Source: Basidiobolus meristosporus CBS 931.73 (taxonomy: Eukaryota; Fungi; Basidiobolomycota). From it: 64,000 nucleotides of DNA. Each line of letters starts with the position of its first letter. Positions within the stretch are counted from its first letter, which is position 1. Both the position numbers and the translations under genes were made by a program. Under the pieces are notes generated by a model that saw only the letters and a list, made by a program, of their open reading frames with translations, searched no databases and was not told the DNA's origin. The DNA lies in NCBI GenBank assembly GCA_002104905.1, contig MCFE01000005.1:124001-188000 (forward strand), read 5' to 3'. Positions 62,985 through 64,000 of this stretch are shown here, piece by piece.

Positions 62985-64000
62985 TCACTGGTGGATCCCA
63001 TCCGGATCAGCTGTCAGGATCCCATTGAGCAACTGTCATAATAGCAGCAGCATGGAATTAGTGACCCTCCTAACAATCTTATGACAGGATCACAATGGTG
63101 CTTTACTAATTTTACAACCAAATAAAGTGATAAAACTTGACAATATTTTATTGGTGCTGTGACAATACTTGCATGGTACTGTTGCGGTCTTTTATCACTC
63201 AATAACTATTTCAAGTGGATCCAGTTGGCCAGAACATCCAATTGCCGTACATGGCAAGAAACTTGACAGTATTTTGATGGCCTCACAGCAAGACTTTGAT
63301 GGCATTATACTGTACTGCTGGTAGCATATACTTCTTCACACATATGCTTGGTTATTGCCACTTATGCCATGAATATCTTCTGAATATCTGTAAAGAACTT
63401 GTTGGTATTTAGCCAATATATTACTTCTCCCTGCTGGATTCTAGTCCCCCTTATAGGTGTGCTCTGGCCTTTGTTTGTGTGAATTCTGTGTTGAATGGTG
63501 TAGAAGTTGGCTTGCAACCATGAGAAATCCAGCATACCTTGGTAGAGTTTTCCTAATAAAAATTAGCTGCTTGTTGCACCAAACCCAACTTTGCATTACT
63601 TAACTGATTACCCACACATTGGGGCTTCTTAGCTTCTTAATTCCATAGGCATAGGTGTCTCTATGTGCACATTTGTCCTCAATATTTTCCAACTCTTTCT
63701 GGCTGTCCTCCATGTGCCAACTCATCACATCCATGATGAAATTGAAGGTAATATTCTTGATGAGATTGGGATATGGTGGTACCTGCAAATTGACTTGTCT
63801 TCCAATCTCCCCACACATCTGCTCCATAGGAAACTCCCAAAAGGTGAAGCAAGGCCCAATATTCTCCACATATTGTGTAAGATGGAGTAGAAAATGAATA
63901 CAGTAGCGGCAGAGATCTATGCGTTCAGCTTTATGTTTGTAGTATAGCTGCTCAAATCTCATCACAAACTCCTCACACAACAGTTATAGATGCGTCAAGT
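62985..64000 (-). mobile_element. CACTA-like end and transposase C-terminus, running off the window
   Basis: ORF 63600-63980 FEQLYYKHKAERIDLCRYCIHFLLHL...WEFPMEQMCG; 62985-63300 matches 42460-42940. Confidence 0.8.

Overview
Eukaryotic, almost certainly fungal, repeat-rich DNA. I found no rRNA, tRNA or CRISPR array. Four paralogous Zn2Cys6 (Gal4-type) transcription factor genes lie on the minus strand (copies A 5962-8141, B 13913-16026, C 21475-23654, D 36529-39353). Each has a 41-nt first coding exon and a short intron that the ORF track misses. D is full length (915 aa); A-C share a C-terminal deletion plus frameshift. Each copy sits tail-to-tail with a decayed, intron-free, compact family-B DNA polymerase on the plus strand (motifs KICANNCYG, YGDTDS, KKRY), visible only after stitching frames, which looks more like a large-DNA-virus or prokaryotic PolB than a host polymerase. 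The PolB+TF unit was amplified in tandem, and copy B looks like a C/A crossover chimera. These units are CpG-rich islands. The rest is CpG-depleted transposon debris: one Ty1/Copia family (a complete element with TSD, truncated copies, two solo LTRs), a gag-protease-only Ty3/Gypsy element with TSD, several partial CACTA/EnSpm-like elements, a DDE_Tnp_4-type fragment and a 0.7-kb foldback. All alignments and counts were done by eye; relic boundaries are approximate.
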